NCBI RefSeq assembly: GCF_964194025.1
Contig: NC_134481.1
Span: 20,398,001 to 20,462,000 of the forward strand
Length of the DNA stretch: 64,000 nucleotides
Reading direction: 5' to 3'
Origin: Convolutriloba macropyga
Lineage: Eukaryota
Part shown: positions 61,489 through 64,000 of the stretch, in pieces
Layout: every line of letters begins with the position of its first letter
How positions within the stretch are numbered: position 1 is the first letter of the stretch
The notes under the pieces: generated by a model
What the model was told of the DNA's origin: nothing
Seen by the model: the letters and a program-made list of their open reading frames with translations, nothing else
Database searches by the model: none
Position numbers and translations under genes: made by a program

Positions 61489-63620
61489 TTAATAGCCGCC
61501 CTCATCTTCTCAGCCGGCTATTATAGCGCTCCTATTTTTTTTCACAATTCAAAGAACTTGAATTGTATTGGGGCGCTGTCTTTTTACGACTCGAAGAGGA
61601 GTATTGGAGAAGTCATTTTTTAATCAATTTTATTGGAGTGAATTTTGAAGTGGGAAATGAAACGCGTGAAAAAATTTGGAGTGATTTTGGTGCTGAACAA
61701 AAATGAAGAGCGGAGTGAAAATAGAGTGGTTTTTGTTCATACCGCTGTTTTTGAGAAACCGAGAAATTGATGTGTGAAAAAAATTTTCTCTAAGCGAGCG
61801 AAATTTTTTTGTTCACGTGCGGCATTTTAAAGCAGTTTTTTTTTCATTTATTTTGGTTAAGAGGTTTCTTTATTTTGTTTTAATTTTAGGCTGGTTTTGG
61901 TGGTGGTGTGAAGGTTTCTGGAAAGTCATATGAATTTTATGATAATTCGGAGGTTTTTAATTTATTTTGCTGATTTTCGGTCTAATTTTTGCGTTTTTTT
62001 GACGATTATTTTGTTTTACTGGCTCAAATGGGTATTGAAGAAACCCCTTCTACTTGATCAATTTTGTGATAACAATTGGTTACAGTTTTGTGGGTAAGAA
62101 TCATTTTTTGTTGAGAAATATGACAAAAAAATGGCGAAAATTGGAACTATTTTTCTTAATTTCTTTTTGCAGTTTTTCGGGTTTTTTTTCTGTTTTTTGA
62201 GACAAGTTTCATAGACTATTATGACTTGTCTATTGTTTTGCGAGCATCTAGATGATCTATTAGTTGAAAAGAATTTTTCTTTGCATTTATATGCTTTTGT
62301 AATATTAAGAAATTTACTAACTTTTTCCAGTTTTTTTTTAGTGCAAGTTGTTTTTAAATAGCTTTTTTTTAAATAGCTTTTTCACAATTTGCCCTCAAGT
62401 CTTTTTAAAACATTCAATTATGTGGTTTTAGTAAGTACTAGTTGTTTTGATGAAGTTCTTTTGGCAGAGATAGTTTTTTCAGGATCTCAATTTATAACCA
62501 AATTTGATCAAATTTTTTTATCATATTTTAACAGATTTGATTTCATAGTTTTTACTTTTTTGTTTCATTACTTTGTTTCAAGATAGTTATAAATTAGTGA
62601 AGGCACGTTTTGTTTGATGAGTAGATGGATGGCGTTTAAATGGATTTTCACTTCGAGTCGTTTCCGGAATTCTTCCGGCTATGTTTTGAAAGGCTTTGAA
62701 AGGCTATCTTAACTGTTTTCAAACAGCTTTTATAAATTTCTAACGAAGTATATTTATAGCCGCACAGCGATAGCTGGGGCTATTATTGGCCTTCTCTTGG
62801 TTTTTTACAATTCAAAGAATGTGAATTATATTGTGGCCCTGTATTTTTGTAAGATCTGTTCACACATTCATGATTTTTGAAGTCAAATTGGAGTTGTGAT
62901 TTTGGTCACGTCGAAACAGGAAGTGGAGCGAAAAAGCGAGTGGTTTTGCGGCGTCAATATTTTTTGCTCTAATTTTAAAGTAGAGTGATAAAACGGTGTT
63001 GGAATAAAAAATTCTCACTAATGGTTTTTTGATCACATGCGGCAATTTCACTTTGATTTTTTTTCGATTTTTGATTGGATTTTTTCTAAATGGTCTTTTC
63101 AATCCATTCATAGACCCTTCTAGGTCTAGTTTTCTGTTTAGTCAATGAAAGTTCTTTGAATTATACCTCAGGACTTGTCCTGCTGTTTTTTTAAATCGCC
63201 TTACCTTTTGACCTCATTTTTTGTTTTACATAAGTCTCAAATTTCACGCTTGACTCCTGACTTACCTCACTGTTTCAACTGAATGGATTTTGAATTCTTT
63301 CACGCATTGAATTAGTTAAGGTAGTGAATTCGGTCAAAGTCAAAAGAGCAAAATCAAAAAGGGATAAACCGATGAAGCCCTGTCATTAGGTGATAGTGCA
63401 TTGGGTTATCAAAATTCATTAGAGTTATTGCTAGCTGACATTAGTATTAAGGTTAATAGCTTTCAGTTTAGAAGCTGAATTGATTTTCTTTAATAGCCGC
63501 CCTCATCTTCTCAGCCGGCTATTATAGCGCTCCTATTTTTTTTTACAATTCAATGAATTTGAATTGTATTGGTGCGCTGTGTTTTTTTTTTAAAGATGTG
63601 TTCACACATTTTTCAATGAC
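61489..63620 (+). mobile_element. Cluster of Helentron-type family B copies
   Basis: 5' ends at ~61489, ~62753 and ~63489; 3' end CCGGAATTCTTCCGG-CTATGTTTT at ~62687; bodies similar to 47811 and 58757. Confidence 0.65.
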
Positions 63621-64000
63621 TTTGATCTTTCAAAACGGGATAAACAGGTAAAGCCCAGCAGGCATTAAGTTTCATTAGAGGCCCAAAGTGGGCTTTAGTA
63701 GTCCTTCAAGTGCATATAGTGGTGCAGCTGCTGGGATGGCCTTAATTAAGGTTAAAAGATCATTTTTAGGAGTTTTTCGGCTCAAAATGGTGCAAATTTT
63801 CATGTTTTTTTTGTGATTTTTCGGAGATTTTTGTTTGATTAGTCTTTGGTTGAAGTTTTTAAAAGTTGTTGAAGGCCTTTTGCTAGACAAAATTGCTTGT
63901 TATGACCTTTTTATGAGCTATATGTTGTGGTACTACAAACACAAACACACAAAATGATAATTTTTTGCAATTGTTTTCAGGTTTTTTGAAAATTTTTGTC

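Overview
AT-rich, repeat-dense eukaryotic (invertebrate-like) scaffold with three N gaps; no prokaryotic features. The one clearly intact host gene is a 7-exon TFIIA alpha/beta (GTF2A1-like) gene on the + strand (36554-60027; I spliced it by hand to 414 aa, with all GT-AG junctions and phases consistent). Other host-type sequence is an unidentified Pro-rich exon (306-953, -) and a truncated EF-1-beta pseudogene (10552-10915, -). The rest is mobile DNA. It includes two BEL/Pao LTR retrotransposons: one decayed and partly duplicated on -, and one young full-length copy at 15690-23672 with ~1.03-kb LTRs and a CTCTT target-site duplication (TSD). There are also decayed CR1-like, APE-type and CRE-type LINEs, a head-to-head Penelope-like pair, two MITEs, and two families of Helentron-type (HINE/DINE-1-like) repeats filling the TFIIA introns. 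The most interesting item is a TSD-bounded Ingi/Vingi-type LINE in TFIIA intron 1, which begins with a 77-nt HDV-like ribozyme fold, then a 2A-like peptide and tandem PHD fingers. Also notable: an array of splice-acceptor + 37-nt cassettes in a BEL/Pao leader; an EF-1-beta fragment lying between an LTR and that leader; a PHD-finger remnant inside a Penelope RT; and two Taspase1-type sites in TFIIA. All assignments come from manual motif recognition; no database searches were run.
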